Notes under the pieces: model-generated
Seen by the model: the letters and a program-made list of their open reading frames with translations, nothing else
Told to the model about the DNA's origin: nothing
Database searches by the model: none
Source of the DNA: Longimicrobiales bacterium
GTDB lineage: Bacteria > Gemmatimonadota > Gemmatimonadetes > Longimicrobiales > Gaopeijiaceae
Reading direction: 5' to 3'
Assembly (NCBI GenBank): GCA_965226375.1
Contig: CBDDCX010000008.1
Span: 704,001-768,000, forward strand
Length of the DNA stretch: 64,000 nt
Made by a program: the position numbers and the translations under genes
In this document: positions 10,851 through 24,740 of the stretch, one piece after another
How positions within the stretch are numbered: position 1 is the first letter of the stretch
How the letters are laid out: each line of letters begins with the position of its first letter

Positions 10851-10875
10851 CTAGAGTCCCATGACGATAAGCTTT

Positions 10876-10949
10876 GCGGGAGTAGCTCAGTTGGCTAGAG
10901 CATCAGCCTTCCAAGCTGAGGGTCGCGGGTTCGAGTCCCGTCTCCCGCT
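10876..10949 (+). tRNA. tRNA-Gly (TCC)
   Basis: GCGGGAG/CTCCCGC acceptor; CTTCCAA loop; GGTTCGAGTCC. Confidence 0.95.
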
Positions 10950-11045
10950 CTTAATAGTAGGAAGCGAAGGGAGTGCGAGACGAGACGGGGTTCCCGTCTC
11001 CCGCTCGGTTGTAGAGCGCTCAGTAGGAGCGTTCCAGTGGGTGGC

Positions 11046-11117
11046 GCTCCGATAGCTCAGTGGTAGAGCGCCTCCTTGGTAAGGAGGAGGTCCCGGGTTC
11101 AAATCCCGGTCGGAGCT
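11046..11117 (+). tRNA. tRNA-Thr (GGT)
   Basis: GCTCCGA/TCGGAGC acceptor; TTGGTAA loop; GGTTCAAATCC. Confidence 0.95.
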
Positions 11118-11181
11118 CTTTAGGAGCTCTTCAGGTGTTGCGGCACAATTAAGGGAGCGATCCAACCCAACGAGGGGAACC

Positions 11182-12372
<1,191 letters not shown>

Positions 12373-12376
12373 GTAG

Positions 12377-12466
12377 GGATTCGAATTTGATCGCGCCGCG
12401 ACTCGGAGCTGACGCTACTGCCGCTTCGCGGCAGACCCTCGCTGCGGCGCGATCAAATTCGAATCC
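12377..12466 (+). repeat. Palindromic element: 23-bp perfect inverted repeat enclosing an inner hairpin
   Basis: GGATTCGAATTTGATCGCGCCGC (12377-12399) and its reverse complement (12444-12466); inner CTGCCGC-TTC-GCGGCAG. Confidence 0.85.
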
Positions 12467-12772
12467 TTCGGACATGCGTCACTCCGGTACTACGCCGGAC
12501 GGTCGCGCGGGCTTGGCGGGAAGGACGTCCGTTGCACGCCCACGCGGCGGCTTATTGAGGGCTTGGGCAGGTAGGTAGGGAGGTACGAAGCAAAGAGCTA
12601 GATGGAACGAGAGGTGGGGTGCTGGTTGCCCCGAGGAACACACGGGTAGCGGCGGAGCGAAGTTTTCTTCCGCAGCGTCCCGTCACCACGGTGTAGCGGA
12701 GGAAGGAAGCTTCGCTCAAGCCGCGGTACACGAAGCAGCAGCGGGGCCAACACCCCGCGACGAGAGGAAGAC

Positions 12773-12925
12773 ATGGCTAGAGAGAAGATTATCCTCGCTT
12801 GTACAGACTGCGAGGAGCGGAACTACCACACTGCGAAGAACAAGCGCTTGCATCCGGAGCGGGTGGAGCAGCGTAAGTACTGCCCGCGGTGCAAGACGCA
12901 CACGGCTCACAAAGAGACCAAGTAG
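12773..12925 (+). CDS. rpmG: 50S ribosomal protein L33 (Zn-binding type)
   Basis: Translated by hand (below the ORF cutoff): [50 protein letters not shown]. Confidence 0.95.
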   Translation: MAREKIILACTDCEERNYHTAKNKRLHPERVEQRKYCPRCKTHTAHKETK

Positions 12926-12927
12926 CT

Positions 12928-13140
12928 ATGGCTATCGGTGAGAAAATTGCGAGCACTCGGGACTTCGTCGAGGAGTGCTGGGAGGAGCTGGGCAAGGTAA
13001 CTTGGCCCGACTACGAGCAGCTCAGGAGTGCCACCCTTGTTGTCATCGGATTCGTGATCCTCATCGCGGCTATCCTCTGGATGATGGACGTGGTTTCGCG
13101 GACCGTAATCGGCTTCATCATGGGCCTCTTCGGGGCTTGA
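12928..13140 (+). CDS. secE: Preprotein translocase SecE
   Basis: ELGKVTWP motif plus one TM helix; lies between rpmG and nusG. Confidence 0.92.
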   Translation: MAIGEKIASTRDFVEECWEELGKVTWPDYEQLRSATLVVIGFVILIAAILWMMDVVSRTVIGFIMGLFGA

Positions 13141-13151
13141 GTGACGCGCAT

Positions 13152-13703
13152 ATGATCATGGCTCACTCCAAGTGGTATGCGATCCAGACCTACTCAGGGC
13201 ATGAGAACAAGGTCCAGAAGCTGATTCAGCGTCGCATTGAAGAGGGGGGCGCTGAGGACGAGGACAAGGAGATCAGGGACGTCGTCGTCCCGACTCAGGA
13301 CGTGGTCGAGATTCGCAACGGAAAGCGGGTCACGGTCACGAAGCGGCTGTACCCCGGATACGTGTTGGTGAACATGGACCTGAACGAGAGGACCATGCAC
13401 ACCATCAACAACATCCAGGGTGTCATCAAGTTCGTCGGTGCTGGAAAGTCGCCGCAGCCTCTGCACGAAGAAGAGATCAACAAGATTCTCGGCATCGAAG
13501 TGGAAAGAGAAGACGACGGCACTCAGGAGGAGATCCCGTTCCACGTCGGGCAGGTGGTCGAGATCATGCAGGGTCCGTTCAGTGACTTCTCCGGCACGGT
13601 CCAGGAGATCTACGAGGAAAAGGGCAAGGTCAAGGTCGAGGTGTCGCTCTTCGGGCGGCCGACCTCGGTCGAATTGGATTACACGCAGCTGAAGGGGTTC
13701 TAA
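13152..13703 (+). CDS. nusG: Transcription factor NusG
   Basis: KWYAIQTYSGHENKV, LYPGYVLV, KOW motif and SLFGRPTSVEL. Start is 13152 or 13158. Confidence 0.97.
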   Translation: MIMAHSKWYAIQTYSGHENKVQKLIQRRIEEGGAEDEDKEIRDVVVPTQDVVEIRNGKRVTVTKRLYPGYVLVNMDLNERTMHTINNIQGVIKFVGAGKSPQPLHEEEINKILGIEVEREDDGTQEEIPFHVGQVVEIMQGPFSDFSGTVQEIYEEKGKVKVEVSLFGRPTSVELDYTQLKGF

Positions 13704-13735
13704 GAACCTTTTCGGCAACGTCTCGGGATTAGAAA

Positions 13736-14161
13736 ATGGCGAAGAAGGTCATCGGTCTTATCAAGCTCCACGTCTCGGGTGGTCAGGCGAACCCTGCTCC
13801 CCCAGTGGGCCCCGCGTTGGGCCAGCACGGCGTGAACATCATGGAGTTCTGCAAGCAGTTCAACTCCAAGACTCAGCAACAGCCCGGGGTGACGATTCCG
13901 GTGGAGATCACGGTCTATGCGGACCGCTCCTTCACCTTCATTACCAAGACCCCGCCCGCCTCCTTCCTTATCAAGAAGGCTGCGGGTCTGCAGAAGGCGT
14001 CGGGTGAGCCCAACCGCGAAAAGGTGGGCAAGGTCAGCAGGAAGCAGCTCGAGGAGATCGCCGAGACCAAGTGGGTCGATCTGAACACGCAGGACATGGA
14101 TGCCGCGGTCCGGATGCTTTCCGGCACAGCCCGCTCCATGGGCATCGAGGTAAGAGGATAA
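13736..14161 (+). CDS. rplK: 50S ribosomal protein L11
   Basis: [28 protein letters not shown]. Confidence 0.98.
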   Translation: MAKKVIGLIKLHVSGGQANPAPPVGPALGQHGVNIMEFCKQFNSKTQQQPGVTIPVEITVYADRSFTFITKTPPASFLIKKAAGLQKASGEPNREKVGKVSRKQLEEIAETKWVDLNTQDMDAAVRMLSGTARSMGIEVRG

Positions 14162-14345
14162 CGATAGCAAAAACGCCATGAATAACGCTCACGGGGTCGA
14201 TCGGGATTTTCCCACAGCGACCATCTGAGAGCGAAGCGAACAGCAGGGAGCGAGGAGATAATCCCGCTCGACCCCGCTGCCCAGTCCATTGACCACCTGG
14301 TGCGAGCCGCCACGGGTGGGAGGATGAACGAGCCGGCTCAGAGCT

Positions 14346-15047
14346 ATGCCAAAACACGGTAAGAGATTCCGTGACGCCAAGGCCAAGGTGCCTGTAGGCG
14401 TCCAGTTCAAGCCCGACGAAGCGGTCCAGATGGTCAAGGATCTGGCGTCGGCAAAATTCAACGAGACCGTCGAGGTCGCGACATGCTTGAACGTCGATCC
14501 CCGGAAGGCCGATCAGATCGTTCGAGGCACCGTCGTCCTGCCGCACGGCACAGGTAAGACCGTGCGAGTGCTGGTCATCGCACAGGGCGAGAAGGAGACC
14601 GAGGCGACCGAAGCGGGTGCGGACTTCGTGGGCGTGGAATACGTCGACAAGATCCAGCAAGGCTGGATCGACTTCGATGTGTGCGTCGCGACTCCGGATC
14701 TGATGGGAAAGGTGGGTCCCCTCGGTCGTATTCTCGGCCCCCGGGGACTCATGCCGACTCCCAAGGGTGGTACGGTGACCTTCGACGTAGGTCGCGCCGT
14801 CAAGGAGATCAAGGGCGGAAAGATCGAGTACCGCGTGGACAAGACCGGGAACGTGCACGTTCCCATCGGCCGTGTCTCATTCGAGCCCGATCAGCTGCAT
14901 GACAATCTGGGCGCCATCATGGATTCCATCGTTCGGGCCAAGCCGTCAGCGGCCAAGGGTACGTACGTGAAGAGCGTTACGATCTCGAGCACCATGGGGC
15001 CCGGCGTGGCAATCGATCCGAACCTGTTTCTTCGCCGGAGCAAATAG
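14346..15047 (+). CDS. rplA: 50S ribosomal protein L1
   Basis: [12 protein letters not shown] and LGPRGLMP motifs. Confidence 0.98.
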   Translation: MPKHGKRFRDAKAKVPVGVQFKPDEAVQMVKDLASAKFNETVEVATCLNVDPRKADQIVRGTVVLPHGTGKTVRVLVIAQGEKETEATEAGADFVGVEYVDKIQQGWIDFDVCVATPDLMGKVGPLGRILGPRGLMPTPKGGTVTFDVGRAVKEIKGGKIEYRVDKTGNVHVPIGRVSFEPDQLHDNLGAIMDSIVRAKPSAAKGTYVKSVTISSTMGPGVAIDPNLFLRRSK

Positions 15048-15578
15048 ATGAACCGCACCCAAAAAGAAGCCTTCGTCGCGGACTTCCGCGACAAAGTCGG
15101 AAAGGCTCCGGTCATGTACCTGACCGATTTCTCCGGATTGGACGTGAAGTCCATGACGACCCTTCGGCAGAACCTCAAGGCTTCCGGGGCCGAGTACCTG
15201 GTGGTGAAGAATCGCCTGGTAAAGCGGGCCCTCGAAGATCTCGACCTGCCCGACATTACCGAGGCCCTGCTCGGCCCCACCGGGGTCGTCTTGGGCTACG
15301 GGGGAGTCGTCGAGCCCGCGAAGGTCATCAGTGACTTCGCCAAGGAACACGGCGACAAGCCGGTGTTCAAGCTCGGCGTGCTCGACAACAAAGTGGTTTC
15401 GGCCGACGAGATAAAACGCCTGGCCAAGCTGCCCCCCCGGGAGCAGCTGCTCGCCGAGTTGGCCGGAGCCTTCGAGGCGCCGATGGCCATGCTGGCGACC
15501 GCAATGGAGGGCAAGCTCCAGGAGATGTCTGGTCTCCTGGACGCTCTCAAGGATCAGAAGGAGGCCGAGGGGGAATAG
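15048..15578 (+). CDS. rplJ: 50S ribosomal protein L10
   Basis: VVKNRL and LAKLPPREQLLA motifs; operon position. Confidence 0.96.
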   Translation: MNRTQKEAFVADFRDKVGKAPVMYLTDFSGLDVKSMTTLRQNLKASGAEYLVVKNRLVKRALEDLDLPDITEALLGPTGVVLGYGGVVEPAKVISDFAKEHGDKPVFKLGVLDNKVVSADEIKRLAKLPPREQLLAELAGAFEAPMAMLATAMEGKLQEMSGLLDALKDQKEAEGE

Positions 15579-15660
15579 CCTCCTGGCATATCAGGTAACA
15601 ACGGGAATTCACACCCAGCCCTGTGCAGAGACGGGGTGAACTGAGGAGAGAGCCACGACC

Positions 15661-16038
15661 ATGGCTACCAACCAAGAAGAGCTTCTCGAGACCATCGGCA
15701 ACATGACCGTCCTCGAGCTGTCGGAGTTCGTCGACGCGTTCAAGGACAAGTTCAACGTCACCGCAGTGGCCGCCCCTGTGGCCGTTACAGGCGGACCGGC
15801 TGCCGGCGCCGAGGTCGCTGAAGAACAAGACGAGTTCGACGTCGTGCTCGAAGGCGTGGGCGACAAGAAGATCCAGGTTATCAAGGTGGTCCGCGAGGTC
15901 ACTAGCCTGGGCCTGAAGGAAGCCAAAGAGGTCGTCGACAGTGCCCCGAGCACCGTCAAGGAGGCCGTCACGAAGGACGAGGCCGAGCAGATCAAAGCGA
16001 AGCTGGAGGACCAGGGCGCAACGGTAGCCCTGAAGTAG
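15661..16038 (+). CDS. rplL: 50S ribosomal protein L7/L12
   Basis: [21 protein letters not shown]. Confidence 0.98.
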   Translation: MATNQEELLETIGNMTVLELSEFVDAFKDKFNVTAVAAPVAVTGGPAAGAEVAEEQDEFDVVLEGVGDKKIQVIKVVREVTSLGLKEAKEVVDSAPSTVKEAVTKDEAEQIKAKLEDQGATVALK

Positions 16039-16242
16039 GTCACACCTGTGACGTCACCTCTCGGTTCGGCTGAGAGACGTCGGGTGAGCCCCGCCGGTGG
16101 TGGGGCTTATCACCGCAGGGCCAACTCGCGTCGGTCCCTGGAGACGTACGTGTACGTCCCCGGGTCCGTTCGCTTCTTCTGTTGTTGAACACGTGCTTGT
16201 TCGGCCTCCCTTCGGAGTCCGAGCCGCCAAAGGGGGCAACCC

Positions 16243-19200
16243 TTGGATATTAGGAAAGATGATCGTGCGGTAGTGAGCTTTGCGAAGCTCAAGCGGGTCA
16301 TGCCGATGCCCAATCTGTTGGACGTCCAACTCCGCTCATTCGAGAAGCTCGTGGAGCAGGACGTAGATCCCGCGGAGCAGTGGGACTTCGGCCTGGACCG
16401 GGTATTCGCAGAGATCTTCCCCATCTCCGACGTGAACGAGAACTTCACGCTCGAGTACGTCACGGCTTCTCTGGGTGAGCCGAAGTACTCGGTCGAGGAG
16501 TGTATCGAGCGGGACATGACGTATGCGGCGCCCCTCAAGGCGAAGCTGCGTTTGATCGTTTGGGAGCAGCTGGAAGACGGGGGCGAGAAATGCCCCGGCG
16601 ACATCATCGAGAAGGAGGTCTATCTCGGTGACCTGCCCCTCCTGACCGAGTTGGGCACCTTTATCATCAACGGTGCCGAGCGCGTCGTGGTGAGCCAGCT
16701 GCATCGCTCCCCGGGCGTGGTGTTCGAGGAGAACATCCACCCCAACGGATCGAAGCTGCACAGCGCCCGCATCATCCCCTTCCGGGGCTCGTGGGTCGAG
16801 TTCACCATCGATATCAACGACATCTGTTACGTCCACATCGACAAGAAGAAGAAGTTTCCGGCCACGGCGCTGCTCAGGGCGTTCGGCTACGGGACGGACG
16901 CTGACGTCTACCAGATCTTCTTCACCACGAAGAATGTGGACCCCCGCGCCGTCGACAAGCAGGGCACCAAGGAGTGTCTCGGCTCGATCATCGCCGAGGA
17001 GATCATCGATCTCGAGACCGGTGAGGTTCTGATCGAAGAGTCCACCGAGATCGACGAAGAGGTGGCAGAGCTTCTCGACCGGACCGGCCGTAAGAGGATC
17101 AAGATCTACGCCAGCGAGAAGGACACCGGTCGCGGCGAGAGCCCCATCATCAAGAATACGCTCCGCAAGGATCCCACGGACAGCGAAGAAGAGGCGCTCA
17201 ACGCCATCTACTCGCTCCTGCGGCCCGGCGACGCACCGAACATGGAGACGGCCCGGGCAGCGCTGGAGCGCGTCTTCTTCAACCCCAAGCGTTACGACCT
17301 CGGCCGCGTAGGCCGTTATAAGATCAACAAGCGCCTCGGCGTGGACGCGCCCGGGCACGAGACGGTCCTCACCAAAGAGGACTTCGTCGAGATCCTCCGG
17401 TACCTCATCGAGCTGAGCGAGGGCCGCGGAAGCACTGACGATATCGACCACCTCGGCAACCGCCGGGTCAGGACCGTGGGCGAGCTCATCGCGAACCAAT
17501 TCTCGGTGGGCTTATCCCGGATGGCACGGCTCGTCAAAGAGCGCATGTCCATCAACACGGATCCGGACAAGGTCAACATCGACGACTTGGTGAACGCCCG
17601 CACGGTCTCCGCGGTCATCCAGGCCTTCTTCGGCTCGTCTCAGCTCAGCCAGTTCATGGATCAGACGAATCCGCTTGCGGAGCTGACTCACAAGCGGCGC
17701 CTGTCTGCGCTGGGCCCCGGTGGCCTTACACGAGAGCGCGCCGGCTTCGAAGTCCGCGACGTGCACTACTCCCACTACGGCCGCATGTGTCCGATCGAGA
17801 CCCCTGAGGGTCCCAACATCGGGCTCATCACCTCCCTCACTACATACAGCCGAATCAACGAGCTGGGCTTCGTGGAGACTCCGTATCGGAAGGTGGTGAA
17901 GAACCGGGTCACCACCGACATCGAGTGGCTCTCGGCCAACGAAGAGGAGGAGGTCCGAATCGCGCAGGCCAACGCGCCGCTGGACGACAAGGGAAATTTC
18001 GTCAACGAATTCGTGCTCTGTCGTGAGCGGGGAGACTTTCCGCTGCTCCGCCCCGGGGACATCGACTACATGGACGTGGCGCCCGACCAGCTGGTATCCG
18101 TGGCTGCGGCGCTGATCCCGTTCCTGGAGCACGACGACGCTAACCGGGCCCTCATGGGCTCGAACATGCAGCGCCAGGCGGTGCCGCTCCTCTACACGGA
18201 TGCGCCGCTCGTGGGTACCGGCCTCGAATTCAAGGTGGCCAGAGACGCGGGTGCGGTGATCACGGCTCGCCGCGGAGGACGGATCGTGCACGTGACGGCC
18301 GACGAGATCGTCATCGACACCGGCACCGTCATGCCGGGCAAGACCGATCAGCCGCTGGCCAAACTTGCCCAGTACGATCGCTACCGTCTCAAGAAGTTTT
18401 GGCGTACCAACCAGGACACGGCGATCAACCAGCGACCGCTGGTGAAGGAGGGCGAACAGATCAACCCGGGCGACATCATCGCCGACGGGCCTTCGACCGA
18501 CAGCGGGGAGTTGGCGCTGGGTCGTAACGTCGTCGTCGCCTTCATGCCCTGGTACGGATACAACTACGAGGACGCCATCGTCATCAGCGAAAAGCTGGTG
18601 AAGGAGGACGTCTTCACGTCGATCCACATTCAGGAGCTCGAGCTCCACGTGCGGGATACCAAGCGCGGGATGGAGGAGATCACCCGCGAGATTCCGAACG
18701 TGGCCGAGGAGAGCCTGGTCGATCTGGATGAGCGTGGAATCGTCCGAGCCGGCGCGCGCCTTACCAGTGGCGACATCCTGGTGGGCAAGATCACGCCGAA
18801 AGGTGAGACCGAGCTCTCACCCGAGGAGAAGCTTCTGACCGCCATCTTCGGTGAGAAGGCCAAGGACGTGAAGGACTCGTCCCTGCGCGTGCCTCCGGGA
18901 ATGAGCGGCACCGTCATCGACGTAAAGATCTTCTCACGACGCATCGACGATCCGCTTCTGGAGAAGGAGCACGGAGCGCGCATCGGTGAGCTTCGCCAGC
19001 AGGAGCGCGAGGAGATCAATCGCATCAGCGCGGCTCGGGATGAGGAGCTCCGTGAGGTCCTCCACCTGAACACCGTGGCTCTGGCCCTCAAGAAGGGAAC
19101 GGTCGAACCGTTCTTCAAGGAGGGCTTCAAGCTCACCAAGGAGATTCTGGAAGAGCTGAAGTTCAACAAGCTCGATCTCAGCACCCTCAAGGTGAAGAGT

Positions 19201-20436
19201 AAGGACGCCAGTGGGCGCCTCCGGCGTGTGGTCGACGAGGCCCAGAACCGTATCGAGCGGGTGAAGGCGAAGACTGAAGAACAGATCGACAAGGTCTTCC
19301 AGCCCGACGAGCTCCCGCCTGGGGTGGTCCAACTCGCCAAGGTGTACATCGCCGAGAAGCGAAAGATCTCCGTGGGCGACAAGATGGCCGGACGGCACGG
19401 CAACAAGGGCATCATTGCGCGGATCGCTCCCGAGGAGGACATGCCGTTCCTTCCCGACGGGACACCCGTCGAGATCGTACTCAACCCTCTGGGCGTGCCC
19501 TCACGCATGAACGTAGGACAGGTCCTGGAAACGCACCTTGGATGGGCGGCGCATGTCCTCGGATTCGAGGCAAAGACGCCGGTCTTCCAGGGGGCTTCAG
19601 AGGATGAGGTTGGGCTCCTTCTCAAGGTTGCCGCGCTCCGGTGGGCCCACCAATGCTTGGACATCAAGGCGGAGATGCCGGCCCTCGACGCCGAGTCCAC
19701 GACCGGGCTCATCGACCTGGCTCACGACCTGCCTCCCAAGGAGGTGGGCGCCAGCAACGGGAACGGGGAAGACCTGTCCAAGAGCGGTATCGGACGGACC
19801 CTGGATGCGTACCTGAGCCTCAAGCTCTCCAAGCCTCAGGCCGCCTTCTTCGACGGGCTTCGGGACTACCTGGTCCAAGCGGGCAAGGAGCTGTCCGAGC
19901 GCAAGGACGGAACGTTCTCGGAAGAATTCCCGGCCGTCGCGCATCTGAATCGAAAGCAGAAGCTGGACGAAGGGCTCGACGCGGCCTCTCGTGAGATCAT
20001 GATGGCAGCGAGCATTTTGCCCAACGGAAAGGTCTACCTGAGGGACGGACGCAGCGGACGTCAATTCGACTTCCCCGTGACCGTCGGCATGATCTACATG
20101 CTCAAGCTCAGCCATTTGGTGGACGACAAGATCCATGCACGGAGCATCGGACCCTACTCCCTGGTTACGCAGCAGCCACTGGCCGGTAAGGCCCAGTTCG
20201 GTGGGCAGCGATTCGGGGAGATGGAGGTCTGGGCGCTCGAGGCGTACGGAGCCGCACACACGCTCCAGGAGATCCTCACGGTGAAGTCTGACGATGTAAC
20301 GGGCCGCTCCAAGGTCTATGAGGCCATCGTGAAGGGAGACAACCTTCCGCAACCCGGCATTCCGGAGTCATTCAACGTGCTTGTAAAAGAGCTGCAGGCC
20401 CTCGGCCTGAGCGTAACTCTCGGCCGGGAGGAATAG
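16243..20436 (+). CDS. rpoB: RNA polymerase beta subunit
   Basis: [24 protein letters not shown] and [20 protein letters not shown] start. Confidence 0.99.
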   Translation: MDIRKDDRAVVSFAKLKRVMPMPNLLDVQLRSFEKLVEQDVDPAEQWDFGLDRVFAEIFPISDVNENFTLEYVTASLGEPKYSVEECIERDMTYAAPLKAKLRLIVWEQLEDGGEKCPGDIIEKEVYLGDLPLLTELGTFIINGAERVVVSQLHRSPGVVFEENIHPNGSKLHSARIIPFRGSWVEFTIDINDICYVHIDKKKKFPATALLRAFGYGTDADVYQIFFTTKNVDPRAVDKQGTKECLGSIIAEEIIDLETGEVLIEESTEIDEEVAELLDRTGRKRIKIYASEKDTGRGESPIIKNTLRKDPTDSEEEALNAIYSLLRPGDAPNMETARAALERVFFNPKRYDLGRVGRYKINKRLGVDAPGHETVLTKEDFVEILRYLIELSEGRGSTDDIDHLGNRRVRTVGELIANQFSVGLSRMARLVKERMSINTDPDKVNIDDLVNARTVSAVIQAFFGSSQLSQFMDQTNPLAELTHKRRLSALGPGGLTRERAGFEVRDVHYSHYGRMCPIETPEGPNIGLITSLTTYSRINELGFVETPYRKVVKNRVTTDIEWLSANEEEEVRIAQANAPLDDKGNFVNEFVLCRERGDFPLLRPGDIDYMDVAPDQLVSVAAALIPFLEHDDANRALMGSNMQRQAVPLLYTDAPLVGTGLEFKVARDAGAVITARRGGRIVHVTADEIVIDTGTVMPGKTDQPLAKLAQYDRYRLKKFWRTNQDTAINQRPLVKEGEQINPGDIIADGPSTDSGELALGRNVVVAFMPWYGYNYEDAIVISEKLVKEDVFTSIHIQELELHVRDTKRGMEEITREIPNVAEESLVDLDERGIVRAGARLTSGDILVGKITPKGETELSPEEKLLTAIFGEKAKDVKDSSLRVPPGMSGTVIDVKIFSRRIDDPLLEKEHGARIGELRQQEREEINRISAARDEELREVLHLNTVALALKKGTVEPFFKEGFKLTKEILEELKFNKLDLSTLKVKSKDASGRLRRVVDEAQNRIERVKAKTEEQIDKVFQPDELPPGVVQLAKVYIAEKRKISVGDKMAGRHGNKGIIARIAPEEDMPFLPDGTPVEIVLNPLGVPSRMNVGQVLETHLGWAAHVLGFEAKTPVFQGASEDEVGLLLKVAALRWAHQCLDIKAEMPALDAESTTGLIDLAHDLPPKEVGASNGNGEDLSKSGIGRTLDAYLSLKLSKPQAAFFDGLRDYLVQAGKELSERKDGTFSEEFPAVAHLNRKQKLDEGLDAASREIMMAASILPNGKVYLRDGRSGRQFDFPVTVGMIYMLKLSHLVDDKIHARSIGPYSLVTQQPLAGKAQFGGQRFGEMEVWALEAYGAAHTLQEILTVKSDDVTGRSKVYEAIVKGDNLPQPGIPESFNVLVKELQALGLSVTLGREE

Positions 20437-20439
20437 ACG

Positions 20440-23400
20440 ATGATCGATTTCCCAAGGTCCAGAGAGCAGCGCTCCGCGGACTTCGACTTCATCCAGATCA
20501 GGATCGCCTCTCCAGAGCAGATCCGCTCCTGGTCGTTCGGTGAGGTGACGAAGCCCGAGACCATCAACTACCGGTCCTTCAAGCCGGAGCGCGACGGGCT
20601 GTTCTGCGAGCGCATCTTCGGTCCGGTCAAGGACTGGGAGTGCCACTGCGGAAAGTTCAAGCGGATCCGATTCCGTGGACACGTCTGCGATCGCTGCGGA
20701 GTGGAGGTCACGCTCTCCAAGGTGCGCCGTGAGCGTATGGGCCACATCGAGTTGGCCGTGCCGATCTGCCACATCTGGTTCTTCAAGACGTTGCCCAGCC
20801 AGTTGGGATACCTGGTCGGGATGACGCTGCGGGACCTGGAGAAGGTGATCTACTACGCGTCGTACGTGGTGGTGCACCCCGGTAAGCAGGACGTCGAGTT
20901 CCTCGAGCTCCTCGACGAGGACGAGTATTACGACCTGCGCGTGAAGTCGCGCGATAAGGGAGACGAGCGCTTCAAGGCCGAGATCGGTGCCGAGGCGGTT
21001 CGCACGCTTCTGAAGATGCTCGACAGCCCCGAGCGCCGGATCAACGATCGCAACTCCGACGGCAAGGGCCTAGATCGCCTTGCGACCTGGTTACGTATCG
21101 AGATCGCTACGGAGACGTCACAACACCGCAAGAAGAAGAAGCTGAAGCGGCTTAAGGTCGTCGACGCCCTTCGTCACTCGGGGGACAGTGCGGACACACG
21201 GAACCGCCCCGAGTGGATGATCATGGATGTGGTTCCCGTGATTCCGCCCGACCTTCGGCCGCTGGTTCCGTTGGACGGTGGCCGGTTCGCCACCTCCGAC
21301 CTGAACGACCTGTACCGTCGGGTCATCAACCGGAACAACCGGCTCAAGAAGCTGATCGACATGCGTGCTCCGGAGGTCATCCTCCGCAACGAGAAGCGCA
21401 TGCTACAGGAGGCTGTCGACGCACTCTTCGACAACGGACGGCGCTCGAAGGCCATTCGCGGCAGGGGTAAGCGTCCGCTCAAGTCCCTGTCCGACATGCT
21501 CAAGGGCAAGCAGGGACGCTTCCGCCAGAATCTGCTCGGAAAGCGGGTCGACTACTCCGGCCGTTCGGTCATCGTGGTCGGTCCCGAGCTCAAGCTGCAT
21601 CAGTGCGGTCTACCCAAGGCCATGGCCGTGGAGCTCTTCAAGCCCTTCATCATTCATGAGTTGGAGAAACGCGGCGAGGCCGAGACCGTCAAGAGAGCCA
21701 AGAAGATCGTCGAGCGTGACGATCCCAAGGTCTACGAAGTCCTCGAGGACATCATCAAGGACCACCCGGTCCTGCTCAACCGGGCCCCGACGCTACACCG
21801 CTTGGGCATTCAGGCGTTCGAGCCCGTGCTCGTGGAGGGGAAGGCCATCCGGATTCATCCGCTCGTGTGCGCGGCGTTCAACGCCGACTTCGACGGGGAC
21901 CAGATGGCCGTTCACGTGCCTCTGTCGTTCGAGGCGCAGCTCGAGGCCCGAGTGCTCATGCTGTCGAGCAACAACATCCTTCTGCCGTCCAACGGCCGGC
22001 CGGTGGCAGCACCGTCGCAGGACATGGTCATCGGTGGTTACTACCTGACCAAGCCGGCCCTGGCCATCTCGGATCTGGAAGAAGTGGCGTACAACAGCAA
22101 GGCGCCCAAGAACGCCCGTACCGCGGCTGAAGAGGGCCTGAACGAGATCTTCGCCGAAGCGTCTCACTTCTCAACGTTCGGTGAGGTGGAAATGGGACTG
22201 GAGGGCGGTTGGCTCCAGTTCAACAGCCCGTGCTGGTACTGGGTGGACAAACACCCCGACGAGGAGGGGGACCACGACGGTAGCTGGCTCAAGACCACGG
22301 CCGGCCGCGTGATGTTCAACTCGATCATCCCGCCGGAGCTCGGTTTCTTCAACCAGACCTTCGGCAAGAAGGAGCTGGGAGATCTCATCTTCGAGTGTAC
22401 CTCGGTGGGGCTGAGCCGTACGACGGAGTTCCTCGACCAGCTGAAGGACTTCGGTTTCCGGTACGCCACCATGGGCGGCGTGAGCGTGGGGATCTCAGAT
22501 CTGGAGGTTCCTGAGGAGAAGCTGGAGATCCTGCAGGAGGCCAGTGAGCAGGTGGCCCGCTTCCAGAAGGCTTATTCCAGCGGGTACATCTCCAACGGTG
22601 AGCGGTACAACAAGGTCATCGACACCTGGACCCACGCCAACAACGACGTGGCCGACGCCATGGTCAGACGGTTGGAGCGCTCCCAAGAGGGCTTCAACCC
22701 CGTCTACATGATGATGACCTCCGGGGCGCGGGGTAACCGCGATCAGATGCGACAGCTTTCCGGAATGCGTGGCCTCATGGCCAAGCCCCAGAAGAAGCTG
22801 ACCGGTGGCATCGGTGAGATCATCGAGAGTCCGATCAAATCGAATTTCCGAGAGGGCCTGTCCGTGGTGGAGTACTTCATCTCCACCCACGGCGCGCGCA
22901 AGGGACTTGCCGACACGGCGCTGAAGACGGCTGATGCGGGTTACCTCACGCGCCGTCTCGTCGACGTCGCCCAGGACGTGACCATCATGCAGGACGACTG
23001 CGGCACCATCCTCGGCCTCGATATGACCGCCCTCAAGGAGGGTGAGGACATCATCGAGCCCCTCCCGGACAGAATCGTGGGCAACGTCGCTCTCGAGGAT
23101 GTCTATGATCCCATCGACGGGGAGCTTCTGGTCGAGGCCGGCCAGCTCATCGAAGAGGAGACCGCGGAGGATATTGAAGCTGCCGGGATTCAGCTCGTGA
23201 AGATCCGGTCGGTGTTGACATGTGAGTCCAAGCGGGGACTCTGCCACATGTGTTATGGCCGCAACCTGGCCACCATGAAGCTCGTGGACATCGGCGAGGC
23301 AGTAGGGATCTTGGCCGCCCAATCGATCGGTGAGCCGGGCACGCAACTCACGCTACGGACGTTCCACATCGGAGGAACGGCTGCCCGCATCGCGGCTCAG

Positions 23401-24735
23401 ACACAGCGTCGCTCGAAGATCGACGGTGTGGTGTCTCTGGAACGGGTCACGACGGTTATGACGCCGAACGACGAGCTGATCGTAACATCACGCGAGGGGC
23501 AGATCGTGCTCAAGACGGCTGAAGGCCAGATTCGCAGTCGCCTGAGCGTTCCGTACGGTGCGACCCTGGCTGCTGAAGAGGGACAGGTTATCGAGTCCGG
23601 CGACCAGCTCTTCAGCTGGGACCCGTACTCCGAGCCGATCGTGGCCGACTCCGGCGGAGTCGTGAACTTCCTAGACATCGTCGGTGATCAGACCATGCGG
23701 GAAGAGCTCGACGAGTCCACGGGTCGTCGCCAGATGACGATCATTGAAGACAGGAACAAGAAGCTCCACCCAACCATTCAGATCCGGAAAGACACGAAGA
23801 AGGCCGAGAAGCTCCGCGAGTTTATCATCCCCGTGGGAGCCCAGCTTACCGTTCGAGACGGTGAGAAGATCAACCCCGGCGACACGATCGCGAAGATCAG
23901 TCGCGAGGTCTACAAGACCAGGGACATCACCGGTGGCCTTCCCCGTATCGCGGAGCTTTTCGAGGCCCGCCGCCCGAAGGATCCTGCGGTCATCACGGAG
24001 ATCGATGGCACGGTGCGCTTCGGCGACATCAAGCGAGGCAAGCGAGAGGTCATCGTGACGCCTGAGACGGAAGAGGGAGAAGAGAGGGCCTATCCGGTGC
24101 CCGTCGGTAAGCACATGCGGGTGCACGAGGGTGACCGGGTGCGGGCGGGTGACCGTCTGTCCGAGGGTCCGATCAACCCGCATGACATCCTGAAGATCAG
24201 AGGCCCGCGGGCCGTGCAGGAGTACCTGCTCAACGAGATTCAGGAGGTCTACCGACTGCAGGGCGTAAAGATCAACGATAAGCACATCGGTGTGATCGTC
24301 CGGCAGATGCTCCAGAAAGTTCGCATCATCGATCCAGGTGAGACACAGCTGCTCGAGGGAGAGAACGTCGACCGCGTCGAGTTCCGCGAGGTCAACAGCA
24401 AGTCGATCAAGGATGGCAAGAAGCCGGCTCGTTCCGAGCCCTTACTGCTCGGGATCACCAAGGCCAGCCTCACCACCGAGTCGTTCATCTCGGCAGCTTC
24501 CTTCCAGGAGACGACCCGGGTGCTCACGGACGCAGCGGTCCGCGGTGCCAGGGACGACCTGAAGGGACTGAAGGAAAACATCATCATCGGTCACCTCATC
24601 CCGGCCGGTACCGGCATCCATCGTTATCAGGACGTGGAGTTCATGGTCGAGCAGTCGTTCTACGAAGAAGAGATCCTGCCGTTGGCGGATCCGAGTGAGC
24701 TCGTAGCCGGGTTGGAAGAGGTTACTGCGGACTGA
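20440..24735 (+). CDS. rpoC: RNA polymerase beta' subunit
   Basis: [12 protein letters not shown] catalytic motif; Zn finger; SI3-type insertion. Confidence 0.99.
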   Translation: MIDFPRSREQRSADFDFIQIRIASPEQIRSWSFGEVTKPETINYRSFKPERDGLFCERIFGPVKDWECHCGKFKRIRFRGHVCDRCGVEVTLSKVRRERMGHIELAVPICHIWFFKTLPSQLGYLVGMTLRDLEKVIYYASYVVVHPGKQDVEFLELLDEDEYYDLRVKSRDKGDERFKAEIGAEAVRTLLKMLDSPERRINDRNSDGKGLDRLATWLRIEIATETSQHRKKKKLKRLKVVDALRHSGDSADTRNRPEWMIMDVVPVIPPDLRPLVPLDGGRFATSDLNDLYRRVINRNNRLKKLIDMRAPEVILRNEKRMLQEAVDALFDNGRRSKAIRGRGKRPLKSLSDMLKGKQGRFRQNLLGKRVDYSGRSVIVVGPELKLHQCGLPKAMAVELFKPFIIHELEKRGEAETVKRAKKIVERDDPKVYEVLEDIIKDHPVLLNRAPTLHRLGIQAFEPVLVEGKAIRIHPLVCAAFNADFDGDQMAVHVPLSFEAQLEARVLMLSSNNILLPSNGRPVAAPSQDMVIGGYYLTKPALAISDLEEVAYNSKAPKNARTAAEEGLNEIFAEASHFSTFGEVEMGLEGGWLQFNSPCWYWVDKHPDEEGDHDGSWLKTTAGRVMFNSIIPPELGFFNQTFGKKELGDLIFECTSVGLSRTTEFLDQLKDFGFRYATMGGVSVGISDLEVPEEKLEILQEASEQVARFQKAYSSGYISNGERYNKVIDTWTHANNDVADAMVRRLERSQEGFNPVYMMMTSGARGNRDQMRQLSGMRGLMAKPQKKLTGGIGEIIESPIKSNFREGLSVVEYFISTHGARKGLADTALKTADAGYLTRRLVDVAQDVTIMQDDCGTILGLDMTALKEGEDIIEPLPDRIVGNVALEDVYDPIDGELLVEAGQLIEEETAEDIEAAGIQLVKIRSVLTCESKRGLCHMCYGRNLATMKLVDIGEAVGILAAQSIGEPGTQLTLRTFHIGGTAARIAAQTQRRSKIDGVVSLERVTTVMTPNDELIVTSREGQIVLKTAEGQIRSRLSVPYGATLAAEEGQVIESGDQLFSWDPYSEPIVADSGGVVNFLDIVGDQTMREELDESTGRRQMTIIEDRNKKLHPTIQIRKDTKKAEKLREFIIPVGAQLTVRDGEKINPGDTIAKISREVYKTRDITGGLPRIAELFEARRPKDPAVITEIDGTVRFGDIKRGKREVIVTPETEEGEERAYPVPVGKHMRVHEGDRVRAGDRLSEGPINPHDILKIRGPRAVQEYLLNEIQEVYRLQGVKINDKHIGVIVRQMLQKVRIIDPGETQLLEGENVDRVEFREVNSKSIKDGKKPARSEPLLLGITKASLTTESFISAASFQETTRVLTDAAVRGARDDLKGLKENIIIGHLIPAGTGIHRYQDVEFMVEQSFYEEEILPLADPSELVAGLEEVTAD

Positions 24736-24740
24736 GTAAT

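Noticed and set aside
12387..12578. 63-aa ORF duplicated after both tuf copies (also 33446-33637)
   Set aside because: It has a TTG start inside a perfect palindrome and no recognisable protein features; the duplication is explained by the DNA repeat.
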